From positions 372,001 to 436,000 of the forward strand of contig JAYWIR010000042.1 in NCBI GenBank assembly GCA_036172245.1: a stretch of 64,000 bases of DNA, written 5' to 3'. Of this stretch, positions 39,201 to 51,202 are shown in pieces. Within the stretch, counting starts at the first letter, position 1; each line of letters begins with the position of its first letter. The stretch comes from Raillietiella orientalis (taxonomy: Eukaryota). A program made the translations under genes and the position numbers. Below the pieces are notes generated by a model, which did not search any database, was not told where the DNA came from, and saw nothing but the letters and a program-made list of their open reading frames with translations.

Positions 39201-39570
39201 TGCTCGGGGAAGTCACCACCGAGACCATCGAGAGGTGTGCACCGGGTGGTACTTCGGCCAGATCGATGCCTCCAAAAGGAAAACTGCGATTTGGAGGAAC
39301 GGGAAAAAAGCAGATATCAGCGAATCCTTTGGGACGTTTCTCTATTTCGTACCGGCGCTGTTGATGACTGAAGCTGCAGACACGATGGGTTTTCGACAAA
39401 AGAAAAGAAAAGAAAAAAAAAAAAACGATTCTGTGGTTTTGGGAACCGCCACCATTTCACTTTGATATCCGCCTTCCCATCTCCATCGCATTAATACGGG
39501 ATAACAAACAAAAGCATCGGAAACTTCCCATAAAAGACTTACAAGGAAAGAACTGAAGAAATCTGAGATC

Positions 39571-39701
39571 GGAGGCAAGCACTGAGCGGAGAAAGAGGCT
39601 GCTCCAGGAGACCTAAGAAGCACCAGGGCCTTTCTCGGCTGTTTTTTGTAGGACTCCCATCCTCATTTTTTTTGAGCGGAGAAGGAAATTTGGCAGCACT
39701 G
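39571..39701. repeat. Dispersed ~130-bp repeat, copy A (possible DNA-transposon end)
   Basis: Aligns by eye at roughly 80% with 41478-41607. Both copies end in aaatttggcagcactg. Confidence 0.8.
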
Positions 39702-41477
39702 CTGGCATTACAAGGGAAGAACGTTCACTGCGTTTCAGCAAGCATATGTTGCCGTCGCAACCCAGCTTCCTTCGGACGGATTTTCATGTAAATCGAATAA
39801 TCAGTTTCCGCTCGTGTGTCCGAAGAGACGTGCGTTGCTTCGGGACTGGGCAGTAATCATTAGGGCGCGAGTCCAGTGTCCTTGGGCCGGTTGGGTCGGT
39901 GCCGAGATGTGCGGCAAGCAGGCAGCAGAAGTCAAGGGAGGTCTGGGCGGGAACGAACCTGTTCCCCGGAAGAACAGGGTAGAAGAGTCTGTTTGGATCA
40001 TTCCGCCGAGGCAGGTTGCTTTCGCGATGGTGCCTTCAGGCGCGCAGTAGGCGCACCTGAAGGCCGCCGCAGACGGAACACAGAGTTTTTAAAGATGGCG
40101 GAGCGGATTCGAATTTCGCAACGTTGTTCCGTGTGCCGAAGTGTTGGGGTGGTCGTGCCTTTTGCCAAGAGTGAGCTCACGCCATACGCGCTCAAAGGCT
40201 GTTTCATCTTTTCGATGGCAGCAACTTCCGGGAGGGTGCCCCCTGGAAATCTGAGAGCCGGAAAACTCGAAAGAAAGGAGTGCCCGCGGCGGTGGAACCT
40301 TTCCTTTACAAAGGGGGTGCGGAAGCCGGTCTTTTCCTGACCCACGGAGAGGGTTACGCATTTTCACAAGCTAGCGACGGGAATCCTTCAGAATTCCCAT
40401 AGGAGGAAGCTGACGAGTTCCTGGAGGAGGAGAGACTACTGCCGAGTGGGGTGTTTGGCTGAGATGGCCGATGGACAGCCCAAACGCGTCAGGATGGGAT
40501 GTGCCGCACGCACGCCAAGCGGTGTAGGGAAGCGGAAACGTGAACACGTTCAATAAAGGAGTGCTGAGCCGTCTCGCCATGAGGGACAGAATGTTAACTA
40601 ACGGAGCAGTCTGTCAGTTAATACATCCCCTCCCTATTCAACAGTGGGAGAACTCCAGTTTCCCCAATCAATCTCGTGGTATCGCAGTGGCGAGGCCCTA
40701 GGACAATCCTTAGACCTATCCCAGATAGCAACGGAGCATGCCACAGAAGGAGAAGCAAGCCCGGATGCCATCGGGCACGATGGTCGTAGTGCATATTTTC
40801 AGGAGCAAGTCTCCAAAGACTAATCTCCCCAGCCTCTGGAGGATTCGAGAATAAATCACGAAGTCGTAATCGAAAATACGCAACGAGGGAAGCAATCTAC
40901 GTTACATCAAATAGCTATCCGTGCGATCACTGCTTCCTAGCAGCCGACCTTAGTCATCATTCCAGCCGGTATCGAAGGAACGGTTCCTTTCTCGTGACCT
41001 GCTGGCAGCAAGGTCCGGTATCTGGGAAACGGATATCTTCAGCGACCGGCGAGTCAAGGTGACAGCAGCCGCCTCACCTCATCCCCTCTTGAATGACTTA
41101 CGGGTCCGCTCAATGATTTCGGTTACGGAGATATCGAATTCGCGCTCCATCTGACTGAGTTGCTAAGACCGGCATGCAGTCTCTGCTTCTTTGTCTATGA
41201 TTCTCCCTCTGGACATCTCCAGATGGGTGTCCGTTTCAGGGCAAGTCGTTCCTTTGCCCATACAGAGTCCTTCAGCGTCGTAAGATCCCGAAGAGAGAAG
41301 GAGGAGGAAGACGGAGGCGTAGGGATGAAGCACCGATTATATTAACTGCTGAGATCTCGGGAAAGAATTCACGGCAAGAGGCAGATGACGCTAGAAGGGA
41401 GCGCGAAGCCGGCTCAGGCACAAAACCACGAAAGAGCGTGATGGCCAGACGGAGCGAAGTCTCTCGCCAAGGTCTGT

Positions 41478-41607
41478 GGAGACAAGGACTGAACGAAGAA
41501 AGAGACGGCTCCAGGAGACCCAAGGAGCATCAGGGCTTTTCTAGGCTGTTTTTGGAGGCCTTCCTTCCCCTTTTTTTTGGTGCAGAGAAGAAAATTTGGC
41601 AGCACTG
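41478..41607. repeat. Dispersed ~130-bp repeat, copy B
   Basis: Direct-orientation copy of 39571-39701. Confidence 0.8.
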
Positions 41608-43233
41608 CCCAGTGGGCTGGTAAGGGGGCAGCGGGAAGAAGCCTTGAGCAGCCGACTGATGGGTGAAGCTGCAAGATAGAGGTTGCATACCTCCAGAACG
41701 ACCTCGTATCCGTGCTTATTATCGTCGTAAGGTCATTGAACGAGCGCGTCAAGTGATTACCATCGGTTTCAATCGGAACAGAATCTTCCCTCCTCCTTTG
41801 TTCCCATTTCCCCTCCCGGCTGCTTCTGCCTCTTCTCTTGGAAGAACTGATTTTTTGTGTGGCCGTTGCTGGCCACACAAAAAAGCCAGTCGATTCAGCT
41901 TGAAAGGATGCGGGACTAGGGAAATCGTTTCTCGCCAAAAAGAACAGGAAGAATGTGCGCGAGGGCTCGGTTACAAGAAAGAAAAAAGAAACCTGTGGGT
42001 TTCGTCACGATGAACCCCACGGAAGAAGAAAGGGAAAACGGAGGTGCGCTTTCGATTCATCTTCTCCGATCGCCCCTGCTGCCAGCAGGATGCAGCCGGC
42101 TCACTGACCAACGTGGCAGTTGAATTCCAGGAGGCGCTCCGCTCCTAGTAAGTGACCTTCCACCTATGGAAGATTCCCGGCAAGGGAGGGAGGCTTTTGG
42201 ATGCGCGACGCAAGCAGTACCGCAGCAGCCAAGATGGAGGAAGGAACCCTGCCCAAAGAGCAGCAGAAGTTATCGAACATCCAAAACTGGTGAGCACCCA
42301 TGGCGGGTTCTCACCAGCCACGGCTTCCGCAAGGCTCCACCACGCGGAGCGCTCGCGTCTGAACGGCCTCGAGAGCCACTTGCGAGGAACGCAAACTTCT
42401 GAATTGCTGCGCATGGCGCGCCACGAGCGCTTCTCATGCGCCAATGGGTTCCCTAAGCAAGCATTCCACCAACACGATAAGCTGAGGTTTTTTTTTTTTT
42501 TTTATAGTAAGGACGAAGATGCTGATGGTTACATCGAAATCACAACGGACTGAAACCCCAACGTAATCGCCTGCAACGGACACCGTGAAATTCTCAAGAT
42601 CTGTTCGAACCAGATCGATTTTTTTTTTTTTTAAAAAAAAAGGAGAAACAAGGAGGGAAGTGAGAGAACACCTTTTTGAGCAAGAATATTCTTTTCTTCC
42701 TTTAAGGCAACCCAAACGTCCGAGCGCAAACCACGAATGACCTCTGTCGCCCAGGGACAACAAACGATTACAAGCGAGAGTGAAATATACCAACGGGCAG
42801 GACAAGACGCATCTTTTGCCATGTGTGCTCCGTTCTTGTGGGGTACCCTCCTTATTGAGGACACCTCGTAAGGAAAGGACTGCAAAAGGACAAGGGTGTG
42901 CTACAAACGTACCACGCGTGCTGCCAGCTGGCAGTCCCCAACGCCGAAATGCTGGGGAATCGAGTGAACAGACAATTCAAAGAAACTAAGTTTCCGGACA
43001 CCGTGTGCTGTAGGAGGAATTGCGTCAGCGCATTTTATACAGGTGTACGTAATCCGTAAGTGTGTGCGCACTCTCCGCTATGTGCACATGCACGCAGCTA
43101 CACGATCGAGAACACGAATCTGCTAGGGTTTGCGAGTGGCGCGCCACACCAAGGCAAGTATTAGTTCCCAGTACGTGGCTCCACTGCTGGATGAAGCGGC
43201 GACCCCGTCAGTTACTACGATTTGTGTCCTTAC

Positions 43234-43330
43234 AATCATTTCCGTGGAGTGGATGTCTGTTATGGAAGAAAACTCGGCGTCTTCCTCTTCAACTTTGACT
43301 CCTGCCGCTGATCCTTGGAATGGAACCTCT
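43234..43330 (-). CDS. Best: Bestrophin exon 8 (proximal C-terminal region; 3' boundary uncertain)
   Basis: The acceptor is cttgaag. The exon reads (R)EVPFQGSAAGVKVEEEDAEFSSITDIHSTEMI and contains the bestrophin PFxGS motif. The probable donor is ATT|GTAAGG at 43233; without splicing the frame runs to TAG at 43125-43123. Confidence 0.75.
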
Positions 43331-43377
43331 CTTCAAGAACAACTCGGTCAGGTCGAACCTACCGCAGGGCCACCTAC

Positions 43378-43499
43378 CTCTTGAATTTTTCAGCAGCTAT
43401 GGTGTAGGGGAGTTTTTCCGGACACACTTCATCCCAGTAAATGTCCCGCACCAGTTTAGGATACTTCCCGTACGTTTCGTCCACAATGAGGTAGCTGAT
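43378..43499 (-). CDS. Best: Bestrophin exon 7
   Basis: Reads ISYLIVDETYGKYPKLVRDIYWDEVCPEKLPYTIAAEKFK, with the SxLxVD, DxYW and LPYT motifs. CAG acceptor and GTAGGT donor. Absent from the ORF track. Confidence 0.9.
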
Positions 43500-43547
43500 C
43501 TGCATCCACGGAGGAGTCAAGAAAACTCATCTTCCGGCGAGACCTAC

Positions 43548-43781
43548 CAAGAAGTTTCTGTCCACGAGGTAGTTGATCTCGAAGTCGTCGTCATCTTCTC
43601 CGAAAGGGTTTATCAGTGCTTCTGCGACCTTCAGCCAACCCATGTAAAAGAGAAACTGAAGGATGGTGAATATTGGAAGAACCAGATCCACTTTAGGAGT
43701 AAGACTTTCCTTGTGGTTTTCTAGAAACTGGCGACCCATCAAACAGGCTAGGAAGAACGTATACACTGCCAGGGTTACCAC
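43548..43781 (-). CDS. Best: Bestrophin exon 6 (TM3, TM4 and Ca2+ clasp)
   Basis: Reads [20 protein letters not shown]...[43 protein letters not shown]. ttttacag acceptor and GTAGGT donor. Confidence 0.97.
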
Positions 43782-46700
43782 CTGTAAAAGACGAAGGGCG
43801 ACGTCAGCATGCAGGAATCCACCTCGGAAAGCGCAAAATGAAGGAGAGGGACAGGAAACCACAGCTCCCCTGCTTTCCCAGAGAAATGTTATCCGAAACC
43901 TTGCTCTCCCCCATTCCCACGATCAGGGAGGATTTCGTGGTCATCACGCTACATCGAAGATTCTTGTTAAGTGTGGTTTCAGCCATGATCGGACGTGGTC
44001 GAGAGGTTAGCTCGATCTGTTTACTGTTTATATCTTAAGAACAAAATCTCGAGCTGGATCCTCCCTTCCATTAAACCAGCGTTTCTCCTTTTCATTCTCT
44101 GTTTGTCCTGAAGGACATTCTGGTAGCCGCGTCGCTTTTGCGGGCCTCGTAAAATTCACGAGATGCAAAGAAGAGTCGATGTCTTTGCATCGATGCTCGA
44201 ATCGATCGCTTCTGCCTCGGAGGGAGACCAGAAATCCGGCGACGTGCTCCTTAGAGCGTCGCTCAGCATCTCGCCCCAGTACCGCTACTTCGTTTCTGAT
44301 ATTCAGTCAGACTACAAACGAAGCCGCGAAGCAGGACAGGAAGATCTCGATCGGTTTGCGACGGAGGTTCTTTCAGCATCGACCGAAGTGCAAGTCCACA
44401 AGCAGGGTCCCCTCGAGAAAGGGTCATTCCGTCGCCCAGGAAAGCTGAGAGAGAGGGAGAGAGAGAGACTGGATGGGTGGGAGTCTCCTGTGCATATCGC
44501 GCTCGCAGCTCCAACAAAAACAGCGGGGAAACGGAGATGCCAGTCTGCGGAAGGACTGGAACGCGCCTCCCTACTCCCAGTTCGGCCAGGTGGTGCTCCA
44601 TACAGATGATGATCTTCGAGAAGAGGAACTCTTCCACTTTGTTGAAAATTTTGTCTTCTTCCTTCTCGGTTCCAGGTACTCGCATTTCTCTCGGAAGGTT
44701 TTGCTGGCCACGTCCCCGGACTGAGACCTGGACGGCAGTGGGGAACTCGACCTAGCGCAGAGCACAAGGATGCTCCCTTCCGGGCAGCAGCAAACTTCCA
44801 GAGTTTCGCGGCAACTCCGTAGCAGCTGATTTCTGGCTACGGATAGAAAATAGGTGGATCGCTCTAGCGCGCGCAACAGTCCGGGAATGGGGCCGTCGAT
44901 TCTGTTCCTCGCGCGGTAGCCCGAGGCGGGATCACTGCCTCCTCTTTGCTGTCAGCTTGAAGCACCAGAGGGTGCTTCCCTTTGGTCAGCAGGAAGTTCT
45001 TCGCTGCCGCTCCCTCGAGGGTCAGATGTACTGAAGCGAAGGATCCCACGGTCGTGGTCAGCAAACACCACTCTGCTGTGTTCTTCCCGTCAGTTCCTCA
45101 ATGCCCTGTTGGGAACCTTCGCTGAACCGGCTTCTAGTGTAACCTGTCTTCTAGTCCGACGTTTTGAGAACACCGCGACGCCACCCGAACTGGTTCCTCC
45201 ACTTCTCCTCCCTTTTCTTTCTCTGCAGCTTTCCTCTCGTTCCGCCTCTTCCCTGTGTCGTTCTTACACGGCCCGACTTGTCTGGGAACCGAGTGAGGGC
45301 GTGCGAGGGTATGTGCTTCCTGAGGGCCTGCAGATCCACGGTCGCATCAGAGGTCCACTGAAGATCGTGGAAGCACGCTGACGGACTCGTTTCATGCTTC
45401 GCTCACGTTCCAGAATGAGGAGCAGCCTGCTCAAGCAATTTTTCGTTTGCACGCGCCTCTGAAGGCCACCCTGTTCCGGCCGTAGAAGGGGATGGGGCCG
45501 CCGGGCAGGAGCGGCTTGTCCTCGCTACTCTTGTGGAGGAAGCGGAAATTCCAGGCGAAACGCGTGAACAATGGACAGCCTCGGCACGAGTCAGCTTCCT
45601 TGATCCGGGGTTTGAAGTTTCGTTCGGAAGTCCAGTGGACTCGGAGATTAGGGGAAGTTAGGGGACTGCTCTCCAAACCACCCTGCTGGGTCCAAGGGAG
45701 GTTCTTTCCTGCCTGCAAGCGTAGTCACTGGAGATTCATCCCTCGTGCGCGCTTTTTCGCCCTTCCGACACTGTAGATCGGGATCGCCTCGCAAAGGGCA
45801 TAGGGACATATTCTGAGCACCTCGCCCTTCTTGTTTCAGGAAAAAAAAGGGAACGCCACGGAAAAGATCGCGCCTGGAACCGGGTGAGAACCTCGGGTGC
45901 CGGAGTCACCCTCTTCATGACTTGCTTCTCGCTGTTTCGGGACCTCCATCTCGTCCTGGCAACTTCCACTCCTCGCGCGGAGGCTGTTCGTCTTGTTTCT
46001 TCCGGATCGCCTGTCCTCTGAAGCCCCTTTCCCCTTAGATCTCCGTTCTGGATACGCATGTGGAGATGGCAGCGGCGAGGGTGGGAGGAAAAGAGGAAGA
46101 GGAGGACAAGGAGGAAAGAAGGGAGGAGGAAGAAGGAAGAACGTAGGGTGGAGAAGAAAGAAGGAAGAGAGGGGGAGGAGGAAGGAAGGAGGAGGGCCGT
46201 TTTTGCGCTAACGAAGAAAAGAGAGGAATGGATACGAAGCGTGTACATCCAGTTTTTTCCCGGTCCATCTTCCGCTTTCGAAAACAAGTCCGGCATCTGG
46301 TGGGAATGACTTGCTTGCATCAAAAAGCCAGCGGAGCGGAGCGAGGCGTTGCTCCAGAAAGGAGGACCCAAGCTCTCGCTTGTGATCGTCTGCTACTGCG
46401 CCACCAGGTAGTCACCAGTTTCCACGATGAGGAGCGGAGAAAGGGCTGAGGAGGCCGGATATCAGGGATCCCCGATGCGGACGCTCCCTTGAGCCATGGA
46501 GAGGGGAGGTGTGAGCTGCGACTCCGCCGCTGCTATCGCCAGTCCCGTTGCTTCGCGCGCTTCCGCAGCGTTCGAACTTCCTCTCTGGGTGCCTCTGCTT
46601 TCTGTCTTCAGGGGACGGATGGCCTTCGCAACATGACGTGCCATGAATTTCTCGCCGGAGTAAAGAAGGCAGGCCGGCTGTGTGGTTCTCGCATCATGGA

Positions 46701-49700
46701 GCATGTGCTTCTTTTGCTGATCGGTTCAAAGATCCCTCTCAGCACACAAGTCTATACCGATAATTCCTCCGGCGATTCCCTATGTTACAGGGATCCTTCT
46801 GTCAGTATCAGACGCCTCATTCCTTCAGCATAAGTTGCTTGGAAACGCTGACTTCTCTCTCCTCGAGTGAGAATCCGGTTGCACCGCTTGGAAGCCGGAG
46901 GCGAAAAAAAACCTTTCGGATAGGCATGGCTCCCGCAGGACCCATTTGTCTGGCTGCTTCCCTTGACAACACCGGCACGGCATCAGTCAACAGGTCGTCC
47001 GAATAGTAACAAAGAGGCTCTTCCTTTCCTCCGAACGAATCCTTTGCTATATATCATCGTCGCTAAGGAACGTCCTCCTAGAAGGTGGCTTCCTCGCGAC
47101 ATTTTCCACAGCTCCAAGCAGCTGCCTGTGAGAACGGGCGAACGGGACGTTCGACTTCTTCGGAGGGCCCCTTTCGGCCAGCCGGGAGGTTATTCCACGG
47201 AGAAGCATCCGCCACGGACTCCTGTCCGGAGCCGACGCCAGCACGCCGCTATGAGAGGCATCCGTTCAGCACGGCAGCCACGCCCCATGCTCAAGCCCGC
47301 AAGGAGGAGAGATCCGTGCAAGGTGCGGCCAGTTTCGATGCTGCCCTCCCCCTAGAAGCGGAGTGCTGCTTCGATGCACCGCGGCGTCACAGATGTTCGG
47401 GCTTGTGGGAGGAGTCCCACGCAACCGGCGCATCTTCCTCCGCCTAATCGCACGTGGAAAGCGAGGAGAACTCGGGGACTCGATCCCTCTTCAGGGATGC
47501 TGCCCACCACAGCGTCTTTTCAGCACCAAACAGGTCCTCAGCTGAGAATTGGCAAGATGCCGCTCACCTCAGGGCCGAATGCTTTTTCGGAAAGGGAGGC
47601 CCAAGCAGGGCTTACCGCGCGGCAAGGAAAGTAAGCACTACCACAGAACCTCGGGCATCCGTCATGCTCCTCGCCGAAGTTCGCTAAGGGGAAGCGAAGA
47701 GTTCCTTTCCCTCCTCCTTCACCGCTCACTCCCCGGAGGACGCGCACTGAGAGCTCCCTGATGCGTCGACGCGAGAGGGAAGGAAGGCACTCTCCTTCGC
47801 ATCCTGGGAGGGGAAAAAAGGGAGAAGAAGAAAGGAGCTTGCTCGCTAAGTCAGGTCAGATGGTGAGAGAGCTAGCAGCGGAAACAGCCGCCTTCCTGCA
47901 GAGAAGCTACGGAATAAGGGAACGAAGAACACCAGTTCCCGAAGATGCAGAAAAGCAAAAGCTTCATCTTGAACGGTGGACCTCAATCTTCGGGGAAGAG
48001 GGGGAGGGGGAAACAGCACTTGCCTGGAGGTGGAGCCGAGATCTTCCGCCTCTCGTGATGGGGATTACAGTTTCGCCCCAGAGATGGAGTTGGAGAGAGG
48101 AGGAGTCGCCGATCCGTTCTGTCCTCTGGACCAAGACCCCCGTCTTGCCATAACGGAGACTCTCTCTCACCCTCTCTTGCACGGCATCCTCTGCCTTCGC
48201 GGCAGCGGTTTTGTCATCAGAGGTGCGCGACCACTCGGCTTCAAAAGTTCGGCCGGTTCCGGGACCCTGCCGCCATGTCAGGGGCCCTTCCGTCCGTCCC
48301 GAACACATCGACCTGTCCGGGTTTGGACGAGCCCAGATTCAGGGAGGTGGAACCGCGGGGCGCTCACCCAAATGCCAGGGGAAGAGCGCCCCGTCCGTCT
48401 GAGACGCATCGACGGCGGGAAGGAGTGGGCTTGGCGGGATGGGACGGCAGGGCAGAACCTTCGAGTACCCGGTGCCCTCCGCCTGAAAGCCCGCGGGCAC
48501 GGCTAGATCGGCAGAAACGAGCTGCGCCCATTGTTCGGAGGCGCGCCGGTCCTCGGCAGCTAGGAGTCTCGGACTCGTGACCGTGAGCCACACGTGACTC
48601 ACGGATCGATTTCAGAGACAAGAATGGACGAGCTTCCCGGATTCTTCTGCGAGCCGAAGGGCACCCGTCTCTCAGGAAGGATCCACCTAGCTGTCCGGTT
48701 GCGCTTCCGCTCGCGAGGGCAAGACGCAGGGCATCCCTGCAACAAGGAAGAGTTGAAGGAAAGGAGCTCCGGGGGCACAGTGCACGCAGGCAGCAGGTGA
48801 AGGCTGAGCTCCGCAGAAACGCCCGGGTCCTGCCCGTTGACAGGAGCTAAGCCTCGGGCTTGTGGAGCTCTGCCGGTTGCATGGAGAGCTGCTGGGGGGC
48901 ACGCGCAGATTTAGCACAGAATCGCAGATCGTGTTCTTATGCTACACTGCTGTAAGAACGGTTTCCACATGACCACCCGAATCCCTGCTACTCGGACGTT
49001 CTCGGCTCATCTTCACCCCCTCCTTCTCCCCTCCCCTTTCAACTGCTGCTATCTACATATGTATCTTGAAAGTGGACCTCTCTCGACCCAATAGGCGAAT
49101 GCAGTCTGTGCCGGAGATGCCCAGCACGTTTGTTTTTGCCTGGAGCGGCATCGCCGCGCGAGCTGAGACATGGATGCCGAAGAATTTAAGAAAGGTTTCC
49201 ACGACAGCGGATATTTTCTAGGATATTTCGGATGCCTGCAACAGACGAAAACTGTTGCCCTCGTGCGCTCCTTGCACCATCGTTCGGAGTCTCTTCAGCA
49301 AATGTTGGAGTCTTCAAAAGTAATCAAAGACAAAGGCGAGGAAAGTAGTGTCGAACGAGGGACTGTGCTTCCAGTGATCGAAACAGAGGGCATGATGAGG
49401 CGTAAATAAACTATGGTCCTCCTGCCTCGTAGCGCGGTGATGGCTACGAATGCCCGCTCGGATTCTGCTCTGGAGCCAACACCGCGGTTCACCATAACGC
49501 AACAAGCAGAGGAATTGCTCAAACGTCCAGTGGACAGTTCCTGAAGAAGTGGCAAACCAACTAATGATGACTACGTAAAAGAAAAGGAGAGGCATTGGTT
49601 GCACTCCTCATCTATTCTTTTCTGCTCTTACAAGAAAGGTTCTATTGTCCTGCGCGAGAAAAGACGCCAAACAATCCTTACAATCAAGGGACTCTTCGAA

Positions 49701-50542
49701 TACTCTAATTTCCTGATAAATCTTTGGACGATCATCTATCTTGTTCTGTCAGGCGGAGTATCAACATAAAATGAAGCAAAGCAGGCGGTTTTTTCGAACC
49801 GCTGAATCACCTTTTCAGAGGTGCCAAATTCCGAGATCACCTAATCTGCAACCAAGATCTTAACAGTCGGTCCGGGTCATCTGATGACATCGTGACATAG
49901 CAGTTATGGTGATACATCGAAGATATAATTGATTAGTATCTGATACACCTAGGGAGGCTTCCTTGAATCCGGGCATCATGCACGATCGGCGAATGCTCAT
50001 TAACAAGGCATCCTTTCTTCCGAGGATTCTTTTGCAGAAAATCCATCTTTGAGACTGATGTTCAAGGTTCGAGGAAAATTTGCTTTGGGGATGTAAAGAT
50101 ACATCGAGGGGCAGAAGAACGGAACTCCGCGGCAGACGAAATATGTGTAAAAGTGGGGCTTTGTCACAACTGCGAGACAGGTCACCATCCAGGAAAGAAC
50201 CGGAAAAACTTCCTTAGAAGTCAGCTAAGCTTTGAAGACTAGAAAACCTCTAAGCGCGTCGTAGAAGGGCAGGAGCTGCTGCTTATTTTCTCTGAAGGGG
50301 ATTTTGACAGTTCTCCTCTCCAGGAAACGAAAACGCCATGAGCCGCGTCCCATGGATACCAAGAAGAATCGCAGGGAAATCAACAAGTCGTGCCATGAAA
50401 AAGGGGGAGCACTCTCAAAGAATTTGGTGGTTCACGGAACTTCCGAATTCGAGCGGAGGTTTTGATCCAGTGACAGCGGAAGGACTGGCGAGTTACGTGA
50501 GAAGCACTCAAGTGTGACAAATTTATCTTCTCAGCGACTTAC

Positions 50543-50781
50543 TTGCGTGTATAGAAGCGGGATGCTGATCCAGTCATAGTCTAAAGCTCTTCCGCACTTG
50601 CGACGAAAATTGTCGAGCTTCTCGATGAGGGACTCTAAGACAATGTCGCTCTTGAGGATCCCTTCCTTGTGACATGTCTTCACGATGGTACACGCCCATA
50701 TTATGGGGAGCCAGTGAGGAATGGACTTCGTTTTCTCAGATATTTTTTCAATGAAAGTCTTTTCGTCTTCCATCATCATAC
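50543..50781 (-). CDS. Best: Bestrophin exon 5
   Basis: Reads (G)MMMEDEK...HWLPIIWA...FRRKCGRALDYDWISIPLLYTQ. AAG acceptor and CAA|GTAAGT donor. Confidence 0.95.
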
Positions 50782-50835
50782 CTTCCAGTTAGGAGTCCGG
50801 AGGTGATGTAAGAACAGTGGACAAGCCTATTTTAC

Positions 50836-50965
50836 CTGCATCCACTACGTGCTGCAGTGTCGGGAAACGCATCTTCACCATAGTGCTAATCTTGCCAAAG
50901 GCCAAGACAAAGGTCAGCATGACGTATCGCATGATGGTTCTTCTTATCAGACGAGACCTCTCATT
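50836..50965 (-). CDS. Best: Bestrophin exon 4 (RFP motif)
   Basis: Reads NERSRLIRRTIMRYVMLTFVLAFGKISTMVKMRFPTLQHVVDA(G). TAG acceptor and G|GTAAAA donor. Absent from the ORF track. Confidence 0.95.
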
Positions 50966-51030
50966 CTAATTCAGAGAAAAAGACTGGATTGACTGGCCTG
51001 ATGAGTCATGAACACCTGACGTCACCTTAC

Positions 51031-51202
51031 CTCACCCTCGATTGCCTGACTCACGAAGATAGCCACTGTATCAGGATAAGGGATGCTCTGGAACTGAGCG
51101 TACCAACGGTTCATAATCAAAGTCACGTAGAAACCCAGAACAAAAGAAAAAGGTATGTAATTGCTGCTTTTGTCGCAATACAAAGCTATCGCTTCGAAGA
51201 GT
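51031..51202 (-). CDS. Best: Bestrophin exon 3 (TM2, neck residues)
   Basis: Reads LFEAIALYCDKSSNYIPFSFVLGFYVTLIMNRWYAQFQSIPYPDTVAIFVSQAIEGE. TAG acceptor and GAG|GTAAGG donor. Confidence 0.97.

Noticed and set aside
50782..50835. Possible U12-type intron (TCCTAAC close to the AG)
   Set aside because: The donor is GTAAAATA rather than GTATCCTT.
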